Shown here: positions 13,501 to 24,122 of the stretch, in pieces
Position numbering within the stretch: the stretch's first letter is position 1
Layout: every line of letters starts with the position of its first letter
DNA from: Phoronis australis
Taxonomy: Eukaryota > Animalia > Phoronida
Direction of reading: 5' to 3'
DNA length: 64,000 nucleotides
NCBI GenBank assembly: GCA_002633005.1
Contig: NMRA01000123.1
Span: forward strand, 646,656 to 710,655
Notes under the pieces: model-generated
Seen by the model: only the letters and a program-made list of their open reading frames with translations
What the model was told of the DNA's origin: nothing
Database searches by the model: none
Position numbers and translations under genes: made by a program

Positions 13501-16500
13501 TGTTTCACTCTTCACTAGTACTCTCTATGAAATCTTAAAGAACAACATCCCATCAACTGAAAAGATAATTAAACACAACAGCCAACCGTGGTTCAACAGT
13601 AATGTTAAACGGGCAATCCGCACAAGAAGCAGACTTTACAGCTCTTTCAGAAGATCTAACAACACTATAATCTACAACAGATACAAGGAGCAGTCACGTC
13701 TGGTTGAAACTTAAGTAAATCAAGCCAAAGCTGATCACCGACACAGGCTTTTTCAACAAATTAACAGCGCAAGCAAGAATTCCAAAGAATACTGGAACAT
13801 CACCAATAAAATACGCGGCAGTCAACAGCAATCCTCCTATCCTGTCATCAACTATAATGGTAACCTTGCCTCACGTAGTAGTGACAAGTGTGATTTGTTT
13901 CTCAAATTTTTCTCGAACAAAAGCCACATTACACCAACTAAGTAAGTAACTTTCCCTTTCTTCGTGAACGTTGTCTCAATCAAATGTCTGACATCCCGGC
14001 TAATCAAACTGATGTCCGGAAGTATCTCAATGAAATTGACCCCAATAAGAATGATGGCACAGCTTTAATAACCAGCAAGATGATCAAAATGATTGCCAAC
14101 GAAATTACCATGCGCCTGACCAATCTGTTTAACAAACTTCTTCAGCTAGGCATTTATCCGTCTTCTTGGAAACATGGAATTATGGTCCCTTTACACAAAA
14201 AGGCTCCAAAACTGAAATTTCAAATTATCGCCCAATAACATTACTTAACACCCTGTCCAAAATCTTTGAGAAGATCATTGCTCAAAGTATTCTTACATTC
14301 CTCAAACAAAACAACTTGATCTATCATCGTCAATTTGGTTTTTTGCGTGGGAACAGCACCGTGGCACAACTTGTTGAAATAGTACATGAGATTCATTTAC
14401 ATTTTGAGAAGGGCGAGAGTGTCAGGTCCATTTTTCTAGATATAGCTTCTGNNNNNNNNNNNNNNNNNNNNNNNNNNNNNNNNNNNNNNNNNNNNNNNNN
14501 NNNNNNNNNNNNNNNNNNNNNNNNNNNNNNNNNNNNNNNNNNNNNNNNNNNNNNNNNNNNNNNNNNNNNNNNNNNNNNNNNNNNNNNNNNNNNNNNNNNN
14601 NNNNNNNNNNNNNNNNNNNNNNNNNNNNNNNNNNNNNNNNNNNNNNNNNNNNNNNNNNNNNNNNNNNNNNNNNNNNNNNNNNNNNNNNNNNNNNNNNNNN
14701 NNNNNNNNNNNNNNNNNNNNNNNNNNNNNNNNNNNNNNNNNNNNNNNNNNNNNNNNNNNNNNNNNNNNNNNNNNNNNNNNNNNNNNNNNNNNNNNNNNNN
14801 NNNNNNNNNNNNNNNNNNNNNNNNNNNNNNNNNNNNNNNNNNNNNNNNNNNNNNNNNNNNNNNNNNNNNNNNNNNNNNNNNNNNNNNNNNNNNNNNNNNN
14901 NNNNNNNNNNNNNNNNNNNNNNNNNNNNNNNNNNNNNNNNNNNNNNNNNNNNNNNNNNNNNNNNNNNNNNNNNNNNNNNNNNNNNNNNNNNNNNNNNNNN
15001 NCTCAACTCTGACAAGTTCAGGCACAACTTTAGTAATGTCTCTCCAAACTGTAAATGTGGTGACCATCAATCTTATCCTCATATTTTCTTCAAATGTCCC
15101 CTCATCGAATCCCTGAGAGACTCACTCTTTCGTGCACTCAATGATAACCAATCAATTGTTAACGCTCTCAATTCTTGTAATAATATCCCTACTAGAGTTA
15201 CATTATTACTGAATGGTAGTCCTAACCTTGACTTTGTTCTCAACGAATTCCTCCTAAGCAACGTTAGCAAATTTTTATGTACCGTTTATCAATATTGTTG
15301 CATCTGATTTCCCTACATGAATCTGTACATATTTTTGTTTTTATATATCTGTAATAGCATGTCTAAGTATTAGAATACTTATGTTAGATACTACTTAATT
15401 GTATATACCTCTATGTATATATATAAGTTTCATTTATGAATTGTTTACAACCCAGATATAATGCTTCGCGGTTTCTGGATTTGTTATTATTTCTTTGTAT
15501 GTTCTGTGTATCCTTCAATAAATATATATCACAGTAAAAAAACGATGATTTTCTGACGACTTCGACTACTGTGGCGCCTCCTAGTGGCAGTTTTGTTTTT
15601 TTTTTGCGCCTACGACTGTATCCTCTAAACCATTCATAGGATCTTTACTGAATTTAGTCAGTGTATTGATATGATGTTAACAACGGAGGACGACGACTTT
15701 AAGACGGATCTGACTACTGATGTGCAACCTAGTGGCAATTTTATTTTTCATAAAATTTGGCATACAGACATCTGTTAATGAAGTGAAGCTATCTCTTCGT
15801 TTTCAGATGGATTCTACCTAGTTTGCGCCACCTAGTGGCCATTTTTACTGATTTCGAGTCTGTTTTTGGCGTCCATTCGTCTATCAACCAAACGGCTTTC
15901 AAGATAATTGTGGAAATTTGCATGTATGTGTTTACTATGAAGTGGACGGCTGACGACCATTTTCAGACGAGTTAAACTACTGTGGCGCCTCCTAGCGGCA
16001 GTTTTGTTTTTGCACTCATGGCTGTATCTATTAAACCGTTTGCAGGATCTTTACTTAATTTAGCAAGTGTTTTATATAATGTTGACAATGGACGACGACG
16101 ACTTTCGGACGGATCTGACATCTGGTGTCCCCCCTAGTGGCAATTTTAGTTTTTATGTTTACCAGTCTATATCTTCAAAGGTCCTCAACAGATTTTCATA
16201 AAATTTTGATCATAGGTATCTATTGGTGAGATGACACTATCTTCCTGTTTTTGGATGGAATCGAGGTATTTTGCGCCACCTGGTGGCCATTTTTGCTGTT
16301 TTCAAATCTTGTTTTTGACGTCCACCCCTCGCTCAACCAAATCATTCTAGGGATGGTTTTGAAAATTGGCGTACATGTTTTCAGTGTGAAGAGGACGTTT
16401 GATGATGATGATGACTGACTACTGTGGCGCCTCCTAGTGGTAGTTTTGTTTTGTTTTGCGCCCACAGCTGTATCTTCAAAACCCACTACAGGATCTTTAT

Positions 16501-19500
16501 TAAATTTAGTAAGTGAATTTATATGAAGATAACAGACGACAACTCAGGCGGATGGAACGGACGCTGTGCCCACAAGTGGCACTTTCATTTTGTTCTGTTT
16601 TCCTTTGTTTCTTTGAAGTTCCTCGGCAGATTTTTATGAAATATGACATGTTTCCGTTTTTGGATGGATTGTACGTTTTTGCGCCATCTAGTGGCCATTA
16701 ATATGATATAAATAACCCTAAAAGCACACAATTTGCGATACATTCGTGGTATTTCAACGCTCCGCGTTGCTTTTGTAAATAAAGTGTTTCTCACTCTCTC
16801 ATTTTAAAATTTGTGTCTTAACATTTCTGTTTTTAGCTAGAGTCAAGTGAAGATGAAGGAACACTTATTTTACTGCTATCAGTGAGTTTTTATCCACTTT
16901 TTCAGGAAATGGTTCCATAAGTTATTTGGTTGGTGGCATTGTCGGTGGTGTTGTCCTTCTCTGCGCCGTCATTGTTACTACTGTTATACTGAAAAGGTAC
17001 AAATTACATATTCGTTATTTATGAAAAGGGAATTACATAATACTAGAAAATAACAGTCCTAAAATCTTATGTCGATTTTATAAAATACAACATTAATAGA
17101 TAGTTGTCTCCACGCGACATCACTATTTACTAGCGGCGCCTAGTGTGATGGCTCATTTTACTTTCGGCAAGTACGTCGTTTGCTCACTAACCAGAAGATT
17201 TCATGGCATTGAACAGATAGGCTGCAGCCGCGGTCAATGTACACACTGCCGAAAATTAAATTCTACGGGTAAACCAGGTTTTGGGGAAAGTTTTTAGATA
17301 GACGTTGCGTGTCGGTTCAGTGAATTTTGTTTATTGTTATTTGTGAGCATGAAGGGAATGAGCAAAAATCACTTGTTCGGCTGTAAATCCACTTTTCTTC
17401 AAGATGGCGGCCCTCTATTTCATTTATGCGTTGTTGAGGAGAACTGAAGGATCGACTGCTTTTCAATCCAAAATGGCAAAAGTTAAAATGGTTCACAGCA
17501 CTTTTGAACCACATTTGCTTTCAGAATCAAATGTTGGCTTAGGTTGCGCATGGGTAAGGAAGTGATTTGCATGTAAAAATTTTAATTCTATTTTGCACTT
17601 GATGACCCACCATTAAAGCCGTAAGTTTGAGTTTGAACTCTGATCTTCGATTTTTTACTCGAAATTTTGAGTTTTTACTCAAGATTGTAGCTCGAATCTA
17701 GGGAAAATCAAGAGCGAATCTGGACTACACATTGGTTTATATGTACGTAATCCATAATATATTCAACCTCGGAATAATAGATAACTATCTGGAGTTCGTA
17801 CAAAAGAAAACAGTCACTGCCACAAAACGTACCGAGAGTGGCGTAGATGAAGTAATATCCCTCGAGACATTATTCCGTGTATCTATCGAGACCGAAGGTC
17901 GAGACCATAGACATCATAACACAATGATGTCTATGGTTTAACAGTTAACAATTTAATATAATACTATAAAATTCAGCCCGGAAACTGCAGTTAACATTTA
18001 GTCATTTCCATTGGTTGAAATCTGGGAAAAAACCCTTTCAGTTTTCTGTTACTTAGTATGCCGACCACCTTTGACTTGAGTAGTTGTAATTTATCAAAAC
18101 GGGTAGTGATTGCAGTAAAAAATTAAGGCAATGGCGGATCTAGGCTGTCATAAGGGAGCCCAACATTTCGTCTTGGGCAATGGCGCAAAATATGGTTGCA
18201 AGCGTGCTCCTAGCTTAACGTTTAGGGGTGCCCGAATTGCTTGGCGGACTAAAAAAACGAAAACGTTTGCACCGGTGGTCTCGATCGGACGCTTGTGATT
18301 GTGTCTGAGCCTTCCTCGAACACACCCACAAACACAAACTAAATCTGCACACATTGTTAAATCTTGATTTAACCCATGGTTAATTACCTGGATTAATTAC
18401 TAAACTCAATATTTCCACATGTACTTGCTATTGCTTTTTGCGGAAGCCAAGGAGGCGTGGACCCTCCCTAAATGCGCCTGTGCAAGGAACTCCGATCCAT
18501 TAGCTTAAGCCCAAACAAGTTCAGTTCATAGAAGGCGTGTGCAAGTGCTGGCGATGTGATCGGTAAACTTCCGACCAAGCATGCGTATTGATGCCCACAA
18601 ACGGAGTTCCGTGTGTCGTTCAGTATAGGTGGCGCTGTGTCAGAGGGTATCGAAAACCGAGACAGAAGTGTCATATAATTAGTAATTTTGTTCCAGATAT
18701 TACGTTTGGGAGCTGACTGTATGTTGAGTGTTATTTATACGGTTGCAATTTTAATACTTTAAACTATTTTGGGAAAGTTTGATCATTGAACTGGCTGACG
18801 ACGTCGAGTCGACATTGACCTACCTTGTGAACTTTCCGTGTCAGAGGGCACTGTTGAAGTAGTGCGGGAGGTGAATACGGAAAACAATATCTCATGGCAG
18901 TCGACTGGTTCAACGGGTATGAGATAAAATTTAGAGTTCGATTTCGAGTAAAAAGATTAGATTCCGAGCCCGGGGAAGTTTGTCCCGATGTTGTCTTTCA
19001 GAAAGTGACGACAGTAGCTTTATTGAATTTCATGGAGGGCAGGACTTGTAATTTATTTTTCAATTTCCAGGAAAAGAAATGAAGAGATTTCGGAAACGCA
19101 AACGCAGCAGTTTTCAAACGGAACTTACAGGCATGAGAGCCACTTGGATGATGAGAACGAACACAGCACTTTGTCTCAGACACCGAGTACTCCGAAAGGC
19201 AAGTCCATTGGTCAAGACGGTGTCTATGATTACGCCTGTACACCATTTCAAAGAAGTCAGCAAAAGAAAACACCGGAGCAAGGCGATGACGTGCAATGGA
19301 CAGGAAATGATGGTTATCATATGGAAGACGGATCCGCCGAGAATGACTCCCAGACAGATTGGGTGGATAACGATATTTACACTTCTGAACAATCAAATCA
19401 GTTAAAATTTGACGACATTCCGCAAACAAAATCACACGAGCAAGGCAGTGACGTTGATTCAACAGAGAACGACACTTCTAGTGTGGTGATTGCAGAGAGC

Positions 19501-19572
19501 GTGTCCGTTGAGGGCGTCCCTCAGACGGAATGGACGGAAAACGACATATACACCTCGGAAGAATCTAATTGA
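4295..19572 (+). CDS. Receptor gene 1: signal peptide-CUB(A)-mucin-like stalk-TM-Tyr-rich tail, ~410 aa
   Basis: Exons 4295-4361, 8224-8601, 11630-11824, 16906-16996, 19071-19572; all GT-AG, intron phases 1,1,1,2; total 1233 nt = 411 codons with no internal stop. Confidence 0.85.
7319..7520. repeat. (CA)n microsatellite spanning an N gap
   Basis: CA repeats on both sides of the N run. Confidence 0.95.
8224..8601 (+). CDS. Gene 1 exon 2, CUB domain (class A)
   Basis: YEMC...EGYIVSENYPS...DC...CHDWISIHD...KTC...SSSNAVSVAFHS...RFRIHYK: CUB pattern; ttgcag acceptor, gttggt donor. Confidence 0.9.
9289..10642. mobile_element. Non-autonomous Kolobok-like DNA transposon with THAP and KolX remnants
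   Basis: TTAA at both ends (9285-88, 10643-46); ~150 bp imperfect terminal inverted repeats; + strand decayed THAP (CCV.G...FPKDDSLRRTWLVRV, ~9536-9720); - strand KFEP...CCKCTVCTVMPTSMECLCC and RAAYR (~10215-9760), KolX/P2X7-tail-like. Confidence 0.75.
11630..11824 (+). CDS. Gene 1 exon 3, Ser/Thr-rich stalk
   Basis: AIPKKDLTSTSRKPFPQTMVSPKMTTTYST...DDSGLNTSENHVEE; tttattcag acceptor, phase 1-1. Confidence 0.8.
12409..15541 (+). mobile_element. Non-LTR retrotransposon (CR1/L2 group), ORF2 with 2A-APE-RT-Cys/His domain, disrupted
   Basis: APE motifs (NMNSI, ALCET, FYRSP, INGDFNA, PTR, CIDL, SDH); RT motifs (NYRPITLL, QFGF, FLDI); C-terminal CKCG..HIFFKCP; stop at 13712-14, frameshifts near 13940 and 14200; gap 14452-15001; AATAAA plus A-rich end; flanking acgatga(a)ttttc duplication (12396-12408 / 15542-15553). 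Confidence 0.92.
12626..12670 (+). other. 2A-like ribosomal skipping peptide
   Basis: MCLLLAGDVEENPGP matches D-[VI]-E-x-N-P-G-P exactly, just upstream of the APE domain. Confidence 0.9.
16906..16996 (+). CDS. Gene 1 exon 4, transmembrane helix
   Basis: GNGSISYLVGGIVGGVVLLCAVIVTTVILKR; ttttcag acceptor, phase 2 donor. Confidence 0.88.
18129..18482. mobile_element. MITE of the CAGTGGCGGATCTAG / CATAGGCGGATTTAG terminus family
   Basis: Ends caatggcggatctagg ... cctaaatgcgcctgtg; the same termini occur at 20011-20804, 21752-24061, 53046-53327 and 34229. Confidence 0.6.
18700..18930 (+). repeat. Interspersed repeat, copy 1 of 3
   Basis: Core ctttaaactattttgggaaagtttgat...gacgtcgagtcgacattg...gtcagagggcac shared with 34530-34960 (+) and 48765-49175 (-). 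Confidence 0.8.
19071..19572 (+). CDS. Gene 1 exon 5, acidic cytoplasmic tail
   Basis: RKRNEE...GVYDYACTP...QWTGNDGY...TDWVDNDIYTSEQSN...TEWTENDIYTSEESN*; tttccag acceptor. Confidence 0.88.
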
Positions 19573-19933
19573 CATTTGCTGATCATCATGGCTGGGCAAA
19601 TGAAACCAAATGGTTCTAGTTCAGTCTAAGTAATAATGTCCTACATTTTTGCTTTCTGACCAAGAAAATGTTGATGATGGAGTGGAATGATGATCACGTT
19701 GCACGTGACGCTGTCGCCTTACTTTTTAAATATACTTTTTTATCCAAAACAGTCAGGCTTCAAGTTTTGAACACCTCAAAATGGTAAGCGTTTCCTGACA
19801 AATTTTAGTTGTTTTGTTTTCGTTTCATGCAAGTTATAACCATATGTAAGTCTTGTTTTTACATACCCTCATGCGATGAGGCATCTTAAAAACAATAATT
19901 TCTACCAGCGCGATGAAGAAAAATGCCGAAATT

Positions 19934-21049
19934 TGTAGGCTACGTTACGTTTAACTACCTAAAATCCGTAACAATAAAATAACACGTTTGTTTAATAACT
20001 CGATGTATTTCATAGGCGGATTTAGGGGGGGCTTAGGGGGCCCGCCCCCCCCCCCCCCNAGGCAACCGGCAGTGGCGCTGCGCACTACGACTCCGTTTTC
20101 GTCGTCTGCTCCACTGTGCAATGAGGAAAATTTACTTCATTATTTAAAGAAAATGGAACCTGAGTGACGATGAAAAAACAGAAGCTGCTGGTAAGATGTG
20201 AATTTTAATCGAAGCCTTAGTGAATCACTCAGAAACTCGCAATACTTTCTTTGTCAAGACGATTTCCAAAGCAATCCCGTCATTATTGCCAACACGAAAA
20301 ACGGATTTGGTCTTTTGAGCATTTGAAGACTATTTTAAATACGACAAATTTGTTAAGAATTGATGGCACAAAAAATAAAACGTGTAATAAGCATTACAAA
20401 AAGAAGTAGGTTTCGTGCGCAAACGCTGTGGACCATAAATAAGTAGGTCTCTTGGAAAGAGATCAGTAGTTAAGTTGTGGTGGTGTAGTGGTAACGCACG
20501 CGCGCTCTATCCGCCAGGTCGTGAGTACGAGTGTTAGGTTTTTGCAGTTTTTTTTTCTGTTCGACACGTTCTCCGTATTTTTTTTTCTTTTTTGCCTCTT
20601 TTGTCTTCAGGAATCAAGGAAAATGCTTGATTTTTAGAGGTAAAAACAGAAAAATTTCTTGGTACTTGCAGTTTTTCCCCCCTACCGACCTCCCCCCCAC
20701 TTCGGTGCTATGCGCATCTACAATCGTGGTTCAGTTTGCGCAAACGCTTACAGCCGGACAAAAAGTTTGCCCCCCCCCCTTGTCATATCCTAGATCCGCC
20801 ACTGTATTTGTAAGGTTTTATATCGAATTTTGATGATTCTTTGGCGTTAAGCGATGAATTCAAGCAATAAGCTGATACCAGTAAGCGTGTTGTGAACTGC
20901 TGAACAGACTGCATTCGAACCTCTGACGTCATTGGTTAAGTTCAACACCTCCGTCTGCCGTCAAGTAAACGAACTATACTTAATGTTATCGAGTGGAACT
21001 ACTCGATCTAAATTGATACGAAATAGGTTGTTTTGGGAGGCATTCTCCT
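19934..21049 (+). mobile_element. Terminal fragment of the Kolobok-like family at 57044-58668, interrupted by a MITE
   Basis: Aligns by eye with 58352-58668; ends attctcct|TTAA. Confidence 0.75.
20011..20804. mobile_element. MITE with 5-bp flanking duplication
   Basis: cataggcggatttagg ... cctagatccgccactg flanked by tattt on both sides; ~580 bp core recurs inverted at 33385-33972. Confidence 0.75.
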
Positions 21050-21751
21050 TTAAGTAGCCATTTACGCTAAGCTTGTGAATGTCAATTTTGCCAACGGTGC
21101 CAAATACTGTCTTTTGATGCTTGATAAGTCATGTATGTTTGTATACTTTTTGTACATAGCCATTCTTCCTCTTTTTTACATATTAATTTATCTTTTTATA
21201 TCGGTCACTAGCACTTGTGTAACTGTTTTCCTGTTAACCTGTTCCATACCGATGTAAAATAAACATTTTACCTACTTTACTTGCTTGTTTTATTCAGAAG
21301 AGTTATCTGACGCTGAGGCGCTTGCGGACGGCAGATTGTTTTACCCGCAAAGTTTGCACGGATTCCTCGATACCCGTTGCTTGAGACTCACTGACCTCCA
21401 AAGCACTCGCCATGCACAGCTTTCAAAGTCAGGTCAGGAGTTTTCAAAGCCTTGCGCCGAAGTTCATGCGAGGCACATCACTCTGTATTAATTGTCACTT
21501 AATCTCGTGATCCGCGTGCACGAATTCACAGTTGGCAGACAACTGCCTTTAGTCGCCTGTGAAATTCGTCCATTGACTTATATTGGGGTTTTGTTTGGCC
21601 AGTCGAAACAGATATATTTCAAATTCAACGTTACGCTTAGGATCAAGGTAGTCTTCCAGTCACATCTTGGCACCATCGAAATCATGCCCAGTGTCAGAAA
21701 GGGTTTCAAAAATATCATACAGCGCCGAACCCCCATAATGACGAGCCCTGG

Positions 21752-24061
21752 CAGTGGCGGATCTACGTTTTCAGTAAGGGGGGGTTTAGGATTCCCGCAA
21801 AGGTCGAATCCGAGGCGCGTGGCGCCGACCGGGGGGGGCGAAGGTCGGGAGGGGTACACCCCCTTCCCGTGTAAGACAACTTTTTTGTTTTTGTAGTCAA
21901 ATAGTGAAATTTCCATACATCCTGGTACATTTCTGACACTTAACATGTCCCTGGAGTTTTTCTTAACATAATTAAAAACCCTTCTCGATTTCGTCACATG
22001 AACTTGGCCCATAAGTTTCGTGAAACCATATTTGTGCACATCTGGGTATGAGTCACACCACCAGCAAAAATTTTTGTTGGAACATCTGCTTACACACACC
22101 TTTTAGCGGCATACGAAAAAGTGTGGTGTGTATACAGGGGTTTAGATCACTACCAAATATTCAAGAGCATAAGGAGCACCGACGGGGCGTAAAAACTTGA
22201 ATATCAGATGATCGCAACAGCCTCGAGCTGTTTAAGAACGAAGACTTGTACTGTTAGTCCGGAAATAAACATGTCTTCTGTCTCGTTACGAGAAAAACTG
22301 GCGAACGGTGGTGCTCTCAGCACATAGTCTATTATTAAAAGCGACAATAAACAATTAAGTATCACTTTATTAAGCTGAATCATGTTGACAACAATTGAAA
22401 AACGTCAAATGTATCAGGAAACAAGTCATCTGAAAACAGTTTCACGAAACCAAAGCACTCTGTAGGCCTACACCGTGGTGAAAAGATATACAGGAGCAGT
22501 TCGCAGAGGGACCAGATGTACACTGAGAGTACACAAAAACTCTGGCCTGGTCCGTCACGAGACCAAAAGTACACCTGTGCTTATTATCCCTATAAAAGTA
22601 GTCGATCTGTCGCGGGACCTAACAGTACTGGCAGAGATAAATAGATTTACAAAGCACACTTTGTTAAAAAAACATCACAAGACTAGTTCGCCGAGGGACC
22701 AGAAGTACACTGAAACTCGATATCTACACAAATCAAGCTGGCCTTGTCCGTCGCGAGACCTAAAGCGTACTTCGCAAAAAACTTTGAATTGAAAACTTCT
22801 CTCTAGACTCCTTTTAATCCCCAGTGGTTGCTCATACGTGTAGTTTACTTATCTGGTGGTCAACTGCTGCGAGAGGTTGTCTAGGAAGGGTTTTTGTACC
22901 GTTCTGTAGTATTAACTGGAAGAAACAAGTATTGAGAACAGATTTAACTACGCACTACGTGAAATAAGATTTTAGATATGAAGCAGNNNNNNNNNNNNNN
23001 NNNNNNNNNNNNNNNNNNNNNNNNNNNNNNNNNNNNNNNNNNNNNNNNNNNNNNNNNNNNNNNNNNNNNNNNNNNNNNNNNNNNNNNNNNNNNNNNNNNN
23101 NNNNNNNNNNNNNNNNNNNNNNNNNNNNNNNNNNNNNNNNNNNNNNNNNNNNNNNNNNNNNNNNNNNNNNNNNNNNNNNNNNNNNNNNNNNNNNNNNNNN
23201 NNNNNNNNNNNNNNNNNNNNNNNNNNNNNNNNNNNNNNNNNNNNNNNNNNNNNNNNNNNNNNNNNNNNNNNNNNNNNNNNNNNNNNNNNNNNNNNNNNNN
23301 NNNNNNNNNNNNNNNNNNNNNNNNNNNNNNNNNNNNNNNNNNNNNNNNNNNNNNNNNNNNNNNNNNNNNNNNNNNNNNNNNNNNNNNNNNNNNNNNNNNN
23401 NNNNNNNNNNNNNNNNNNNNNNNNNNNNNNNNNNNNNNNNNNNNNNNNNNNNNNNNNNNNNNNNNNNNNNNNNNNNNNNNNNNNNNNNNNNNNNNNNNNN
23501 NNNNNNNNNNNNNNNNNNNNNNNNNNNNNNNNNNNNNNNNNNNNNNNNNNNNNNNNNNNNNNNNNNNNNNNNNNNNNNNNNNNNNNNNNNNNNNNNNNNN
23601 NNNNNNNNNNNNNNNNNNNNNNNNNNNNNNNNNNNNNNNNNNNNNNNNNNNNNNNNNNNNNNNNNNNNNNNNNNNNNNNNNNNNNNNNNNNNNNNNNNNN
23701 NNNNNNNNNNNNNNNNNNNNNNNNNNNNNNNNNNNNNNNNNNNNNNNNNNNNNNNNNNNNNNNNNNNNNNNNNNNNNNNNNNNNNNNNNNNNNNNNNNNN
23801 NNNNNNNNNNNNNNNNNNNNNNNNNNNNNNNNNNNNNNNNNNNNNNNNNNNNNNNNNNNNNNNNNNNNNNNNNNNNNNNNNNNNNNNNNNNNNNCCCCCC
23901 CCCCTCATTTTTCCTGAAGTTTGTTTACTTGGGGTTTACACACGTTGTCGGTGTCGTTTTTGTTTTGCTGGAGACGTTTTTTTGTTTTTTTAATTTTTGG
24001 GTCCTCGCCCGAGGGGGGTGTTTAAACCCCCTGAACCCTCCCCCCCGTAGATCCGCCACTG
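21752..24061. mobile_element. TIR element of the same terminus family, spanning an N gap
   Basis: cagtggcggatctacg ... cgtagatccgccactg; degenerate internal repeats at 22500-22775. The two ends may belong to separate copies because of the gap. Confidence 0.5.
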
Positions 24062-24122
24062 GCCCTCTGTCGCTTGGAATCGGAAATGCCTGAAGCAACA
24101 AAAAGATTCTCTAATCTTTTAA

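Larger units (their letters stand above)
11934..16775 (+). mobile_element. Helentron-associated (HINE/DINE-like) element with internal tandem array, interrupted by a LINE
   Basis: 5' T-run and short palindrome (gcgcccacat-atttat-atgtggacgc), (ccgt)n microsatellite ~11983-12027, ~140 bp monomers each ending ccNcctagtggc (12030-12408 and 15542-16700), 3' hairpin caacgctccgcgttg at ~16755. Confidence 0.6.

Noticed and set aside
20477-20532. Functional tRNA gene
   Set aside because: No complete cloverleaf; lies in an interspersed repeat.
22955-24093. Long ORFs across N runs (also 14393-15082 and 7221-7626)
   Set aside because: Artefacts of translating gaps and CA microsatellites.
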